From Octopus sinensis (lineage: Eukaryota), in the NCBI RefSeq assembly GCF_006345805.1, contig NC_043004.1, positions 60,202,001 through 60,266,000 on the forward strand: a stretch of DNA of 64,000 bases, read 5' to 3'. Both the position numbers and the translations under genes were made by a program. Below are positions 26,022 through 39,861 of this stretch, piece by piece; the stretch's first letter is position 1, and each line of letters starts with the position of its first letter. The notes under the pieces were generated by a model, which saw only the letters and a program-made list of their open reading frames with translations, did no database searches and was not told the origin of the DNA.

Positions 26022-26185
26022 TGTATATGCGCTTCAGTTCCTTCTTTCACCACAGTTCTCCATGTTGTTCTGTCATCAGCCCTTTCTTCCCAGGTGCTGA
26101 CATCCACCCCACACTTGGACTAATTAGTTTTGCAAGTGTCCTTATACCTCAGTAGTGGTCTTCCTCTTGGTGTCTTGCCCTGAAC
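26022..26185 (-). mobile_element. RTE/BovB-like LINE C-terminal fragment
   Basis: RYKDTCK...VDVSTWEERADDRTTWRTVVKEG. Confidence 0.65.
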
Positions 26186-27196
26186 TATACAGACTTTATA
26201 AGCTCAAAAATAATCTAGGGTATATTACCAAATTTGTGAAACTAATAAGGTTATAAGTTTTCTGACTCTCAGTTCATTAGCATATGGAATCCTGAATTCG
26301 AGGAATCTAATTCGTAACGTTCGATGTAAACTGGGTACTCTACGTTTTGATAACATAAATCAAAATGAAACTAAGTTAGAGTAATACATAGTGAAGTAAA
26401 TTATACTGTATCAGTATTATACTCAACAAAACTTTTATCAAAATAGGGGAATACATTTTTCTTTATATAAGAAGAAACTCAACAAACATTATCGAAGAAG
26501 TGTTACTGGCTACATTTTTCTTCTTCATTATCCACCTTAAAGCAGGGCTTCTTCCGTGAAATTTTCATATATATTTCTATAACAGTTTTGTATTACGTCA
26601 TCCTGACGTAATATTAACGAGCTTACTTTACTTCAGCTGAAGTAGCTTGTCAACACATCTTTTTCTGTTTATCGAAATAGTTCACGTTGAAATAAATTTC
26701 TAACAGCTGTCCTGCGAAATAATTAATGATATTCAAATCAATAGGATAATCAAGACTATACAAAGACAGAGGTGTGTAAATATCTGCAACTTCGTGTAGC
26801 GTAAACATTTTTTTCTATATAACCAAGCTGCATTCCTTCACACGTGAAACAAAGAGACATATTTTTAGAAGTATACTTCCGATCTTACATTTTTTCCTGT
26901 ATCTTTTATCGTTTATTTTTCTTTCTTCTCTTCTCTTGTGACCAATCTTCACTTCATTATCTTAGCAAACGAAAAACATGGACACAATTATAAATAGACG
27001 TATGCAGTCTTAGTAAAAGGTTTAGTAAACAACTAAAAAATTGTCACCGTTTCTAAATGAATGTGAAGGATTCCGTTATATTTAATTTAATTTTTTTTTG
27101 TCCAACAATGTTACTTTCCGAAATTCCAGACAGTTGTTTATGCTTAAATTAGTTGCTAGTTTTCGCCCTCATGAATAATGATTAGGAATGTATATA

Positions 27197-27293
27197 AATG
27201 TATGTATGTATGTATGTATGTATGTATGTATGTATGTATGTATGTATGTATGAATGTATATACATATATATATATATATATATAAATATATAC

Positions 27294-27326
<33 letters not shown>

Positions 27327-27335
27327 AATGTATAC

Positions 27336-27414
<79 letters not shown>

Positions 27415-27460
27415 TAGATAGATAGATATATATATAGATAGAAAGATGGATAGATAGATG

Positions 27461-27515
<55 letters not shown>

Positions 27516-27702
27516 TGATTGAATTATTGATTGATTGATAGAGTGATAGAGAGAGAGAGAAAGATGCATTCATACACACGTCCATACATACATCCATACA
27601 TACAGACATACATACATGCACACACACACACACACATACACACACACACACACACAACACACACACACACACACACACATACACACACACACACACACAC
27701 AT
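27197..27702. repeat. Compound microsatellite (TATG)(TA)(GA)(GATA)(CA)
   Basis: Direct inspection. Confidence 0.9.
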
Positions 27703-28804
27703 GAGTTTATGTATTTCACGCCTAAAATTAATATCTGTCTCTCCTGAACTTCATAATCTCCATGAGCCAGTATTTCTGATGTAAGAAACGAGTGTCTCAA
27801 ACACATCTTATGTTTACAAGAATTCACTGTGCTTCTGAATGCAATTTCTAGACATAAAGTTGAATATTCAGACCGAACTTGATTATCAGGCGTGTAAATT
27901 TCCAATGCTGTTATGGAATTTATTTTACTGTAATAGTGTTAATCCTTGTCTGATAACGGACTAAAGTGTACTTTTGTATTGTTTGCTGTAGCGACAGTCG
28001 GATTAACTAAGTGACATTGTGAATGCCCTGTCCTTCGGCTTAATACTGTCTGTTTGACGATGAAGATTAACTTCTTCAGGCAGAAGCAAACCAATATTAT
28101 AAACTACTTAAAGTCTTCACCCAGACATATTGAGACTGTGTTACCACAGTTATAAGTGTCTATGCAACTAACATCTACATTCAACTAGTCAATCGATATC
28201 TAATGAATCAGTGTATCAGTGTATTTATTTGAAGGCCAATTCATCTGTTTTTCTAAAAGATTATGTGATATTGTTTACATGTTCAGAAACTTATTGTGTT
28301 TCGTTGGAACAAAATAAACAGACCATACTTTATACTTCTTTTAGCTTTTATTCTCATGTATATTTTATCTAGCGATTCTTGTCGTCATAGTTATTATTTT
28401 TTTCCCTTCTTCTACGTAGGGAGATTGCGGCTCTTCCACAGAATCGCTTGAGTAACGGGGAAAACAATATTCAGTAAATGCTCTACAGCTTTACTTGTAG
28501 CGCTCATCTTTAAATTGCATTCCTTCGTGGTCATAGAATACTGAACCAGTCAAACACTGGGAGGCGATTACGATTAAATAAGCCCCTCTCTCTAAATTTT
28601 AGTTATTGAATCAGCATCAATAATCATTCGAGACGGTATTCTGGCTCAATCGCTACAGCATCAGAAATATTATTTGCGGCTTTTCTTCCGGCTTTTTTAC
28701 GTTATGATGAGAGATTCCACACAAGTGAACTTTGCTTTTCATACTAATTAAATTTTCGACTTGATGGCCTCGTCTGACGCCCTTGCTAGACTTGTGCTCC
28801 TGCT

Positions 28805-28814
28805 GCTTCTGCTG

Positions 28815-28853
<39 letters not shown>

Positions 28854-28854
28854 G

Positions 28855-28886
<32 letters not shown>

Positions 28887-28895
28887 TTATTATAA
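28805..28895. repeat. (CTG)(CTA)n(TTA) trinucleotide tract
   Basis: Direct inspection. Confidence 0.9.
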
Positions 28896-29454
28896 TTGAT
28901 TTATTAATATGAAACAGTTGCTATTGTTATTATTGTTTAAGTTGACGAGTTGGCAATAAGGCGCCATGCTCGCAGGAGTGTGAGTACACCGGGAAAATGC
29001 TTAGCAGCATTTCGTCCGTCTTCACGTCCAGTAGAGAGTTTGATATAATTGAAATAGCTGGCTTTGCTCCAGTATTTATAATTATTGTTGTTCCTGTTAT
29101 CATCATCATCATCATCATCATCTATAAAAGCGAACCTTTCTCTGTCTCTCTGGGACCTCTCTATTTCAGTTTGCATGGCCTGGGATTGAAAATCTGTCCT
29201 TCATTTGGTTCCTTAACATCCACCATTGGGATCTAATTTAAAAACATTTGGGTTGCTATTTCTAGCAGCTAAAGTAAGAGATCAAGAAGGCGATAAATGA
29301 CATTTGCTTGTCGAGATAAGAACTTTAGGGCAAACTGACCAACATTTAGAATTTATATAGGGAGTGGAACAATAGAATGGTTTCATTAAAGAATTAATTC
29401 TCATCCGTCCTTAACTTGTGATAAAACTCCACTGAGGCATATAGTCATTATAGA

Positions 29455-30066
29455 CATGCCGCTTAGTTCTCTGTAGTTTGGGGCCGCAAGCCCAATTCGC
29501 CAGCCACAAAGCAACCCGAAAAGGTCGCACGGAGTGTGACTTTTACGCTAGTTTTTGACATTGTGCCTAGTGGCTGTGGCGAAAGAGGTGGTGTGGTGGA
29601 CTCGTTTGAAAGGGCTAAAGTCAGACACTTTCCTCTTTGGCCAAGGCCTCATCAACTTTTTCAAGTTTCCCTTGAAAAGGAAAATGAGGTTAGAGAGGAA
29701 AGTGCTGTCCGATAGCAAGTTTTATGAAAGGTGGGTGAATTGTGCGAGACTGGCCAGTATAAATGGACCAGTTCTCAGGTTTCGCCTGTAATTTCAAAAA
29801 GGTAATTGAAAAGGAGAAAAAAGGGACTCTCTACACCCCTTTTTTTGACCAGGCTCCCGTTGGCTTTTGTAGGGTTTTTTCCACCAGGAACCTTTCGAAA
29901 CGTCTCCCCCTTTTGGGAGTTTTTGATTGTTGAATTTTTTAAATTGTTATAAAGATTTTTACTCGATGTTTTTCAAAAACGGACAAAACCCTTTGTAACC
30001 TTTCGTCCTGTTTTGTCCCTTTATGTAATCATGCGTGTCAGCCCTTGTGGCCAATAAAAAAGAATT
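29455..30066 (+). mobile_element. L1/Tx1-like LINE 3' fragment (ORF2 C-terminus plus 3' UTR)
   Basis: ORF 29555-29791 AVAKEVVWWTRLK...RLERKVL...FYERW fits the L1-clade AK..IW..R motif that follows the zinc knuckle; the 3' UTR ends agcccttgtggccaataaaaagaatt before (ATT)n. Confidence 0.55.
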
Positions 30067-30067
30067 G

Positions 30068-30095
30068 ATTATTATTATTATTATTATTATTATTA

Positions 30096-30133
<38 letters not shown>

Positions 30134-30178
30134 TACTACTACTACTACTACTACTACTACTACGACGACGACGACGAC

Positions 30179-30218
<40 letters not shown>
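30068..30218. repeat. Compound (ATT)(ACT)(ACG)(ATT) tract
   Basis: Direct inspection. Confidence 0.92.
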
Positions 30219-30430
30219 GCGTGAGATAGCAGTGCATGCCATCAAAGAAACACTGGGGTACAAATATACGAAGTCCACTATACCCCTCATGACTAAACGT
30301 CTGATAAGGTTACACCAGGCACATGCATCACAATGATATGTGCACGACATGGTGATCTCATATCAAGATAAACTGCGCATGACCTTGCAGCTGGGGCCCG
30401 GTTAGAATTTTCTTCAGCTCCGGAATAAGG
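30219..30430 (-). mobile_element. 3' part of a non-coding element ending in (AAT)n, same family as 49971-50525
   Basis: Reverse complement ends gatggcatgcactgctatctcacgc-aataataat; compare gatggcatgcactgctctctcactc-aataataat at 50525. Confidence 0.75.
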
Positions 30431-32100
30431 TTTGTATAAGGCTGAATAACCAAACTCCCATGCATTCGGAAATCTACCCGCTTATTAATATTATTTTCTT
30501 GTTTTGATCTATTGTTCTTTGTTTTTCTTAATTAATTATTTTAGAAACCCGGATGTAACCTGCATCATATCTTATATTGTACCGTCCTGTCTCGTTAGCA
30601 TACCTTTAACTATCAATAAAGATATGATCATCATCGATCTCGTCGTTACAACCATCATCATAATTATTTACTTCCTAATACTATTGAAGTCTTTTGGCGA
30701 TGTAAAATAATGAATCTTAGTGAAAGTAGCCAAAATATTGCCAGAACTTGTTAATGCATGTTTCAGCACCAGATAAATTTGGAGTCAAATACACAATTAC
30801 AGATGTACACGCTTATATGCACCTGCATGCTAATGCTTTCCTCCCGGCGCGCCAATGAAAACTATAGAAAGAGAGAGACCTAAGACAAAATGTATAATGG
30901 TGCATAGGTACAGAAGAAGAAAATGCTTCGCAGATACCTACAGAAATTCCGAAAGAACAAGCAATAAAAAGTCTTATAACTCAGGTATGGTGTATCGAGA
31001 GCATAACACTGCATCAGGGATTGAGAAACGGGTTAGAAGTACATAAATTAAAACGAAGATTTACAGAAACAATGAGAAATGCAAATTGTAATATGATGAA
31101 AGAGGGAAAGAAAATTTTGTAACCGTCAGATAATCGGATGACGGGAATAGGCTTTTCTTTCACTCTCTCTCCCCCCTCTCTCTCTCTCTCTCTCCTTGTC
31201 TCTGTGCTTGTGTTTGTTTGCTTGTGTGTGTGTGTATTTGTGATAGAAAAGACAGTGAGATCAGTAAGAGATCATAAAATGGTAAAAAATTGAAATTAAA
31301 TTCTCAAATCATTTACAACAACTTCGAAATTATTTACTATACCGCATTCTAATTTTCTTCCCTAAAAACTAAAGAAATGCCTGTTTCGTTAATCAAAGAT
31401 TGAATTTATAGAAGGCTCTTGTCTGAACATTAGAAGCAACTTTTGCGAAATCAATTTTTTTTTACATCTTAGATTAAAACCTGAAAATGGGAGGGAAAGA
31501 TATAATGGGGAGGGAAGAAAGGAATCTGGATGTCAAAGAAATGCATATGAAAGCAAGTATTTTCTTGGAATTTACAAACTATGTTTATAGAATTACCAAT
31601 TTCTCATAAGTAAATAAAAAATATAAACTAATCAAATCTAAAACTCGTTATGTGAAGAAGGTTTAGGGAGGCGTTTCGATACACTGGAATCAGATTAAAA
31701 TATTTGAAAATGTTTCCGTAAACATACATACATATGCATATATATATATATATAGTCTTCACACTATAATGAAATTCTTATAATATTCACCACGGAAGCA
31801 CGAAGGTACGATTAGAAATATATTAGTAAACACCACATCAAGAATTAAAAGTGGAAGAGCCGAGATTAGTGAAGAATTGACACTTCAGCTCCTGATGAAC
31901 ATCTGAATTGACAGTACACATATATAGCCATATTGTTTCTTTTTTTTTCTGTATATTAAGAACCATACGCAGGCACACGCGCAAACACAAACGGGAGTGT
32001 GTTTTTGTAAGCAATGCAGTTGATACGTATATGAATGGCTATATATGTGTGTGTATATATATGTAAATGTTAAATGTATATATATATATATATATATATA

Positions 32101-32500
32101 AGGCGCAGGAGTGGCTGTGTGGTAAGTAGCTTGCTAACCAACCACATGGTTCGGGGTTCAGTCCCACTGCGTGGCATCTTGGGCAAGTGTCTTCTGCTAT
32201 AGCCCCGGGCCGACCAATGCCTTGTGAGTGGATTTGGTAGACGGAAACTGAAAGAAGCCTGTTGTATATATGTATATATATATGTATGTGTGTGTGTTTG
32301 TGTGTATGTGTGTTTGTCCCCCTAGCATTGCTTGACAACCGATGCTGGTGTGTTTATGTCCCCGTTACTTAGCGGTTCGGCAAAAGAGACCGATAGAATA
32401 AGTACTGGGCTTACAAAAGAATAAGTCCCGGGGTCGATTTGATCGACTAAAGGTGGTGCTCCAGCATGGCCGCAGTCAAATGACTGAAACAAGTAAAAAA
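32101..32500 (+). mobile_element. SINE family B, full length
   Basis: aggcgcaggagtggctgtgtggtaag (A box), gggttcagtccc (B box), cttgggcaagtgtctt core, internal microsatellite, tail aatgactgaaacaagtaaaa. Confidence 0.9.
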
Positions 32501-32554
32501 AAAAGTATATATATACCTGTAAATGTAATATGTGACAATTATTCGGTATATATG

Positions 32555-32589
<35 letters not shown>

Positions 32590-32716
32590 TGATATATAGT
32601 ATATATGTGTGAGTGTGCATGTATGTTTGGCTATGTACCTATGCATGTATATCTATCTATCAATACATATATATATAAATTATATATATGCACACAAACA
32701 CACACACACACACACA

Positions 32717-32807
<91 letters not shown>

Positions 32808-33494
32808 ATATATGTATTATCCAAGGATCGATGTGTAGGAAGAAAGTTAGCTTCAAGCAAACCGAGTAATAATAATAAACAATTTCAGAGACAATAGTGG
32901 TTTCTTGAGACAGAATTTTGTGGATAAATTGAAAAACATTGTTTTTATATTTCACAGTAGGCAAACATGGTAGCCTGCTATGCGAATAAGAATACAGGAC
33001 TTTTAAAAAATGAGTAGATAAGATCCAGGCTACATATGTTTCCTGGCGCATTGAGCCTCGGAAGTGGGAAGTATTCAAGTGAGGTGTGTAACGCAGGCTA
33101 CTCTTCAGGACAACTATTTATTGATTATATGAAAGTTTATATTGTAATTGTCTGGCGAACTACGGTCAGAGAATGATATAAAGAATACCGTCCTCTACAG
33201 TTAATTGTTTATTATTCACTTTACTGAGAACCTGAAGTTACCAAGAGCCAGAAGTCTATTGGATGCAGAACAATGGGTGCAGTTCCTGTACCTCGGCACA
33301 TTCTTGAGATTCGTAGTATATACAATAGGACGCTTGTAATTATAAATGGTACTGGAATAGAAATTCGTCTTTACTTCGGTATGTAATTGTATGTTCCTCT
33401 AATGATATGTTGTGACACTGGGGTAAAATATACCAAGCCCAGCATGCCCAGTTTCCCTGGAATTACCGCGTACGTCAGCTAGTATATATATATA

Positions 33495-34413
33495 TTCATA
33501 AATGAGGGCGAAAAATTAGATATTAAATTAATAATACCATCAGTTTAACACCAAGTGGCCTAGCACATAAAAACCATGGAGACAATACAAATTTTTACGT
33601 AAATATAAGAGAGCTACCGTTAAGTGGTTAAATCTAGTGCTAGAAATAGCTCCTTATTCTGGTATAGCCAGCGAAGTTCTTTCCACAAAAGAAATAACAT
33701 TACCTTCAACGTAAGGAAAGTGAAATACAACGAAAAGATAAATTAATGCTGAACAATTTTTTCTTTATCAATATAATATGCAATTATACTCACATATTTA
33801 TCTATAAGCCATCAGCAGCATTTGTCTTCGATACAATTTATTAGACCCTCACGGGCGATAAATGCCCATGCGGTCCAATGGATTGCATACATAGTTGTGA
33901 TTTAGTCTCCCTGCCAAAAGCCTGGTAAGACTTAGTGGAAACGAATACTGCATATAAAATTTACTGCAGTATATTAAATTTATAAATTCATAAATGAGGG
34001 TGAAAAATTAGATATTAATTTAATAATACCATCAGTTTAACACCAAGTGGCCTAGCACATAAAAACCAGGGAGACAATACAAATTTATACGCTTTTGGCG
34101 GGGAGGCTAAATCACAACTATGTATGCAATCGATTGGACCGCAAGGGCATTTATCGCCCGTGAGGGTCTAATAAATTGTATCGAAGACAAATGCTGCTGA
34201 TGACTTATAAATAAATATGTGAGTACAATTGCATATTATATTGATAAAGAAACAATTGTTCAGCATTAATCTATCTTTTCGTTGTATTTCACTTTCCTTA
34301 CGTTGAAGGTAATGTTATTTCTTTCGTGGAAACAACTTCGGTGGCTATACCAGAATAAGGAGCTATTTCTAGCACTAGAGTTAACCACTTAATGGTAACT
34401 CTCTTATATTTAC

Positions 34414-34416
<3 letters not shown>
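33495..34416. repeat. Direct plus inverted repeat structure A-B-x-A-inv(B)
   Basis: A 33495-33595 is repeated at 33987-34090; B 33596-33921 is reverse-complemented at 34091-34416. Confidence 0.93.
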
Positions 34417-34484
<68 letters not shown>

Positions 34485-34802
34485 CATATATGTATATATG
34501 TATATCGTGTATATGTGTATGTGCGTGCGAGCGTATGCGTTTAAGTGTGTATGCGTGTCATTGTGTCTGTGTTTAGACACCCAGCATTGCTACATAGATG
34601 AAAACAACATTAAGACTGAGGTTCAGCACGGCTGTATTTAAACAACTGAAAGAAGTAGAAGCATAAGTATTACAGTGAATAGAACGCATTGCAAAATGTA
34701 TAAGCTGGTAACTTTTAATGGGACCTTTAGAAATTATTGTCACTTTCAGGCCAGTGAAATCATGTATGTGTATGTGCGTGGAGGTATATAGGTATATATG
34801 CG

Positions 34803-34920
<118 letters not shown>

Positions 34921-37061
34921 TATATATATAATATATATATATATATATGTATGTATGTGTGTATATTTCTTGTGTCTGTACGTATGCTTGTACGTATGCA
35001 ATGTATGTATATGGTGTTACTAGTTGTCTCTATCGTCAAGAATATAAAACAAAAGCTATCTACGTTACATAATAAATAACCCGGTATATCAAGATATATC
35101 GATGATGAATCAGAGAGTTAAGGGATGTTATTAAAGAAGGAAAAGCAAATATTGTGAAACGCAATAAAGAAAACAAGACAAATATGTAAATAACATGTTG
35201 CAAATTGAAAATTTGGTATCGAGACAAATAAGAAGTCTAGAAAAGATAATTTATAATAAATTCTAATATTGCAAACGGCATGATATATGAGGGTCTGAGA
35301 ATATAAATTGAAAAAGCAAAGAATGAAAAATACATATGTAATATAAATCTAAAGAAAATTAGCGAAATGAACAATGAAGACTGACATTGAAGTAAAATAT
35401 AATTCTGGGTGAGAGAACAAGCGAATGAAAGAATTAGTAAATAAACGAATGAATGAATGATTGATTCAAAACAAAAGAGAAAAGAAGCACATATATAATG
35501 ACACGAAAAATATAATACAAATTTAGTGGGATGGAAGATTATAGCGAAACTGCTGTGTTGAATAGCAAACAAAAATGGGTGACCTAACGAAATTGACTGT
35601 GATAGAATGATATATATTCTGACATCTTGAAGAATGCTAAAATATCGGTGTGTGGTTTTGGTGGAGAAGATAATTGAGAGTAATGTCGGAAAAGGATTGG
35701 TGAGGAGATGCAGAGATAGAACAAGAAGGAAGCGATAGACAATGAGAGTGAGGTGGTTAGGATAATCAAGAAGGATTGAAGAAGTGCTATAAGATGCAAC
35801 GAGAAGAGAGAAACAAGAGGAGATGTTGGGAAGAGAAAAGGGGATACAAAATGATAATTAACTGACGCTAGACGGAACCTATAGGAAAACTGATATTCTG
35901 CGAATTTGAGAATCTATAAAGCTGTCAATTCTACAGAAAACCAGGTACAATTTCGTGCTTCCCCAACATCATTGATAGAATAGATCCTGCCAAGAAGAAT
36001 AATTAGTCAAAGACAAATGGTTGTGATGTGAATGTATATGTGTATCTGTTTAGGGTTCTATCAGTGTGTTTATGAATATATGTATACATATATATACACA
36101 AACATGTATGTGTATGTGTTTATATATACACACATATATATTCATATGTACAAACATATATAAAATGTATATGTATGCATACACACACACACCACATATA
36201 TATATATATATATATATAATATATATATATATTATATATATATATATAGATATATATATATAATACATGCATGTATATGTATTTACCCACTGTTTGGTGT
36301 GCTTGTCTGCATAATTCGATAATTGAGAATGGTGCAAAGAGAAAGGAAGACAGACATGAAATGAATGAAGGATGGAGAAGGGGGCAGAAAAATATCTTGA
36401 CGAATTACTTTCTCTTGCCTCCTTATATCATGTTTCAGTGTTGCTGATCCTGCGAAACATCACATGTAGATGTGAAGATGGCGGTGATGTTGATGGTGAT
36501 GGTGATGGTGCTATTAGTTGTGATGTGCGTTGGTATTGGTGCGTAGTGTTATGGAGGTAGTGTTTGAGTTTACGCTACTGGTCGTAAGTATGGTGATATT
36601 GATGGTAGTGTTGGAACCGTAGGTGGTGGTAGTGGTTGTTGCTGTGGTGGTGGTGGTGTTAAAATATCACAGATTTTGGCGGCAGCAGTGATGTTTTTGG
36701 AAATGGGAATGGTAGTGGTAAATTGAGTTGGTCGAGCATGACGATATTGGTGTTATTGGAATAGGTGGCGGTTATGATGGTGAAGGTTGTGATAGTAATA
36801 ATTGTGGTGGTGGTAGAAAAACGATGGTGGTGGTCATATATGTTATGAATCGTATTAGTAATGCTGATAATGGGGATATATCTCAGCTGAACAATAATAA
36901 TCCTCATTGTGTTGGCATTGGTACCAATAATCAATGACTTCAATCAATATTTATCATTATCTAATATATTCCAGATTCTTTTAAAAATCTCGGGTGGCGT
37001 ATTTTTGGCAGAGCATAATCTTAACTAATCTGTAAGTATGCAATTTAGATATCAGTAAGTT

Positions 37062-37265
37062 GACGAGCAAGAAGAATCGTTAGCAACGCCGGATAAAATA
37101 GTTAAAATAGTTTGCAATCAGAATTTAAGCTCCACCGTCACCGGCTTTGTCTTTCATTATTATGGAACCAGTAAAATAAGTAGCATCTCTGCTCTGGTGT
37201 CGACGAAAGCAACTTGAGCCCGTCTCCCAAGATTTCTGGCCTTGTGGCTATATTACAATGAATTA
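37062..37265 (+). mobile_element. SINE family A, old short-tail copy
   Basis: gacgagc..agaatcgttagc..gccgg...ctttgtctttcat...aataagta...ctggccttgtggcta. Confidence 0.55.
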
Positions 37266-37339
37266 TACATCAGTAAGTTTGGCCTTCCGTGTTTTGGGGT
37301 TTACCATTGCACTAACAATCAGCTCTAGTAAAAAAATAA

Positions 37340-37620
37340 AAGCATACCTGTTACAGGGACCGAAACGGCACTCCCAGCCGACGTGGTCGAGAAACAGTCC
37401 TCTCCGGTAGAGCGTATGATGCGAGCTGGTGAAAGCCTTCGAGAAGCCAGCGCGCCGATAACTCTTCTGACGCCCAAGACCGAAAGAGTTTTGGCGCAGG
37501 AGTGTCGACGCAGAGGTGTAAGCAGCCGGAATGACGTGGGCCGATGTGAAGGGGATCCCCGCCCAAAAAACCTTTCGATGAATGTTGTTGCAACCCTATG
37601 TTCCCCGAGGAATCAAGACG
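37340..37620 (+). mobile_element. RTE-clade LINE 3' end, decayed
   Basis: RPRPKEFWRRSVDAEV*AAGMTWADV then VATLCSPRNQD across frameshifts; runs directly into the (GAA)n tail. Confidence 0.65.
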
Positions 37621-37855
37621 AAGAAGAAAAAAGAAGAAGAAGAAGAAGAAGAAGAAAGAAGAAGAAGAAGAAAGAAGAAGAAGAAGAAAAAAAGAAGAAG
37701 AAGAAGAAGAAGAAGAAAAAGAAGAAAAAGAAGAAGAAAGAAAGAAAAAAGAAGAAGAAGAAGAAGAAAAAGAAGAAGAAGAAGAAGAAGAAGAAGAAAG
37801 AAAGAAAAGAAGAAGAAGAAGAAGAAGAAGAAGAAGAAGAAGAAGAAGAAGAGAA
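37620..37855. repeat. (GAA)n microsatellite
   Basis: About 235-bp imperfect trinucleotide run. Confidence 0.95.
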
Positions 37856-39813
37856 AATTACTACATAATTACAAGAGGGAAGCGCGAGATGGTCATAGCT
37901 GGAAACAATGTGATCAGTGGCGGTTTCAGTCAGTTATTCTGAACTGAGGCTGAAGTACAAAAATAACAAGAACTATAGAAATATTCCAATTTTGGCAAAA
38001 GACTTAGCAACTGTTAAGAAGGAGGAACCCGATTACATCGACCCGAGTGGTCAACTGGTACTTATTTTATCAATCACGGAAGAATCAACAGTAAAGTGAA
38101 CCGCATCGACATTTGAGCTCAGGAAATAAAGAAATATTTATAGAAACACGCCAGAATGTATATATTTGTTGGTATTTCGAATATACTAAGTTTACTAAAA
38201 TCGATTGCTCTTAGACGCCGCATGCAGAAAAATATAATAAAATGCTAGTTAAATTATTATAACCATATTTAGTAGAGGGTGTATAAAGAAATCTAGCTAT
38301 ATTTGAAACCCTATCTTGTTTCTATAGTGTTCTTATATTTACTCATACATCAAGCTTCACACAAGGAGTGAAAGTCGATCTTCATTTTAAGAACATACTA
38401 TATGATGAGTGAAATAATTTTTCCTGAGATTGTTGTCACTGATAGCGCTATAATTCACGCATTCGATACATTATTAATATAGCAACTCCCCACTTTTCTC
38501 TTCGTTTTCGTGTGCGTGTGTGAATGATTATTTACGTGTGTGGTTTGGGGTTTGCGTGCGTGCGTGCGTTCCTTCATGTTTGTGTATGTTTGTAGGTGTC
38601 AAACCGAGAAATAGGGAGACAATGCTCCATATTTAGCTTCTTTTCTTTTTGGTTCGCAGCAGAGAAATGTAGGCGCCGCTTTCGCCCAACAGTTTATCAA
38701 GCTCCGGATATTTGTATTTATTTTATTGTTGCTATTATTATTTCAGATGACCTGGACCCCTCGTGCTATCTCCACATTATTTTGGCAGAGAAATGTTAGT
38801 GAAATCGATCCTAAACATCATCATTAATCATTACTACTACTACTACTACTACTACAGGGAGAAACATTGCTACATGCAATAATAATATTAACAACGACAT
38901 GAAAGGGGAACGAGCTGGCCAAATCATTAGTACGTCATTCAAGTTAGCGGAATTTCGTCTGTTCTGAGTTCAAATCCCGCCTAAGTTGACTTTACAATCA
39001 ACATTTCGGCATTCATATTTGTATATATCTTTGCAAGATACTATTCCCTCTTGACGGTATTCTCTATAAATTCCAGTATAAATATTACCTAGCTCTTACA
39101 TGGCAAGTGTATTCTCAACATATTTTTCTGTTTGTGGCATTATAAATCCTCCTCAATTTTCCGGTGCAGGAACTGCGAGGTTTGGCGTCTTAACTCTTTT
39201 TTACTTTTTCCCTTACTCTTTCTTTGAGGTTCTTGCCAAATACTAAGTTATTTTATAAAATGTTCCAATCGCTTACAGAAGATTACTATAAAGTACACTG
39301 GCGATGTGTGTCACCACAAACACACAAACACAGACACACACACATACATAAACATAGTCACATATACAAAACCATAGAATCACACGCACACACACGCATA
39401 CACTCACACACACGCATACACTCACACACACATATACATATGTATTCTGTGTGTGTGTGTGTGTGTGTGTACGAATGCAATGTATGTATGTGTGGGTAGC
39501 AAATGAATGTAAAATCCTTTCCAAGATATAGGCTTGAAAGTCCAGTTTCCCCCAGACTCTTTGCCTTATGTAATCCCCTCCCGGATGTATCTCTAGTCCG
39601 TCACAGGAATACACATTTCTGCCGCCTGAATGTTCTATAGTTCCGCGTTGTGTTCAAAAACGCAACACAATTTGCGGCCCATGAATCGAAACCACAATCT
39701 TACGATAGGTGCAACAAGCAAATCACTACTCCACAAAGCTATTTATAGATATATATGTGATTGTGTGTGTATGTGCGTGAGTGTGTGTGTATTTGTGTAT
39801 GTGTGGTTGTGTA

Positions 39814-39861
<48 letters not shown>

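Noticed and set aside
26627-26711. Minus-strand segment with a strong acceptor and donor
   Set aside because: All three frames contain stops; it could only be a non-coding exon, which cannot be tested here
37383-37947. Highly charged K/E/R ORFs
   Set aside because: They are an RTE 3' end plus (GAA)n
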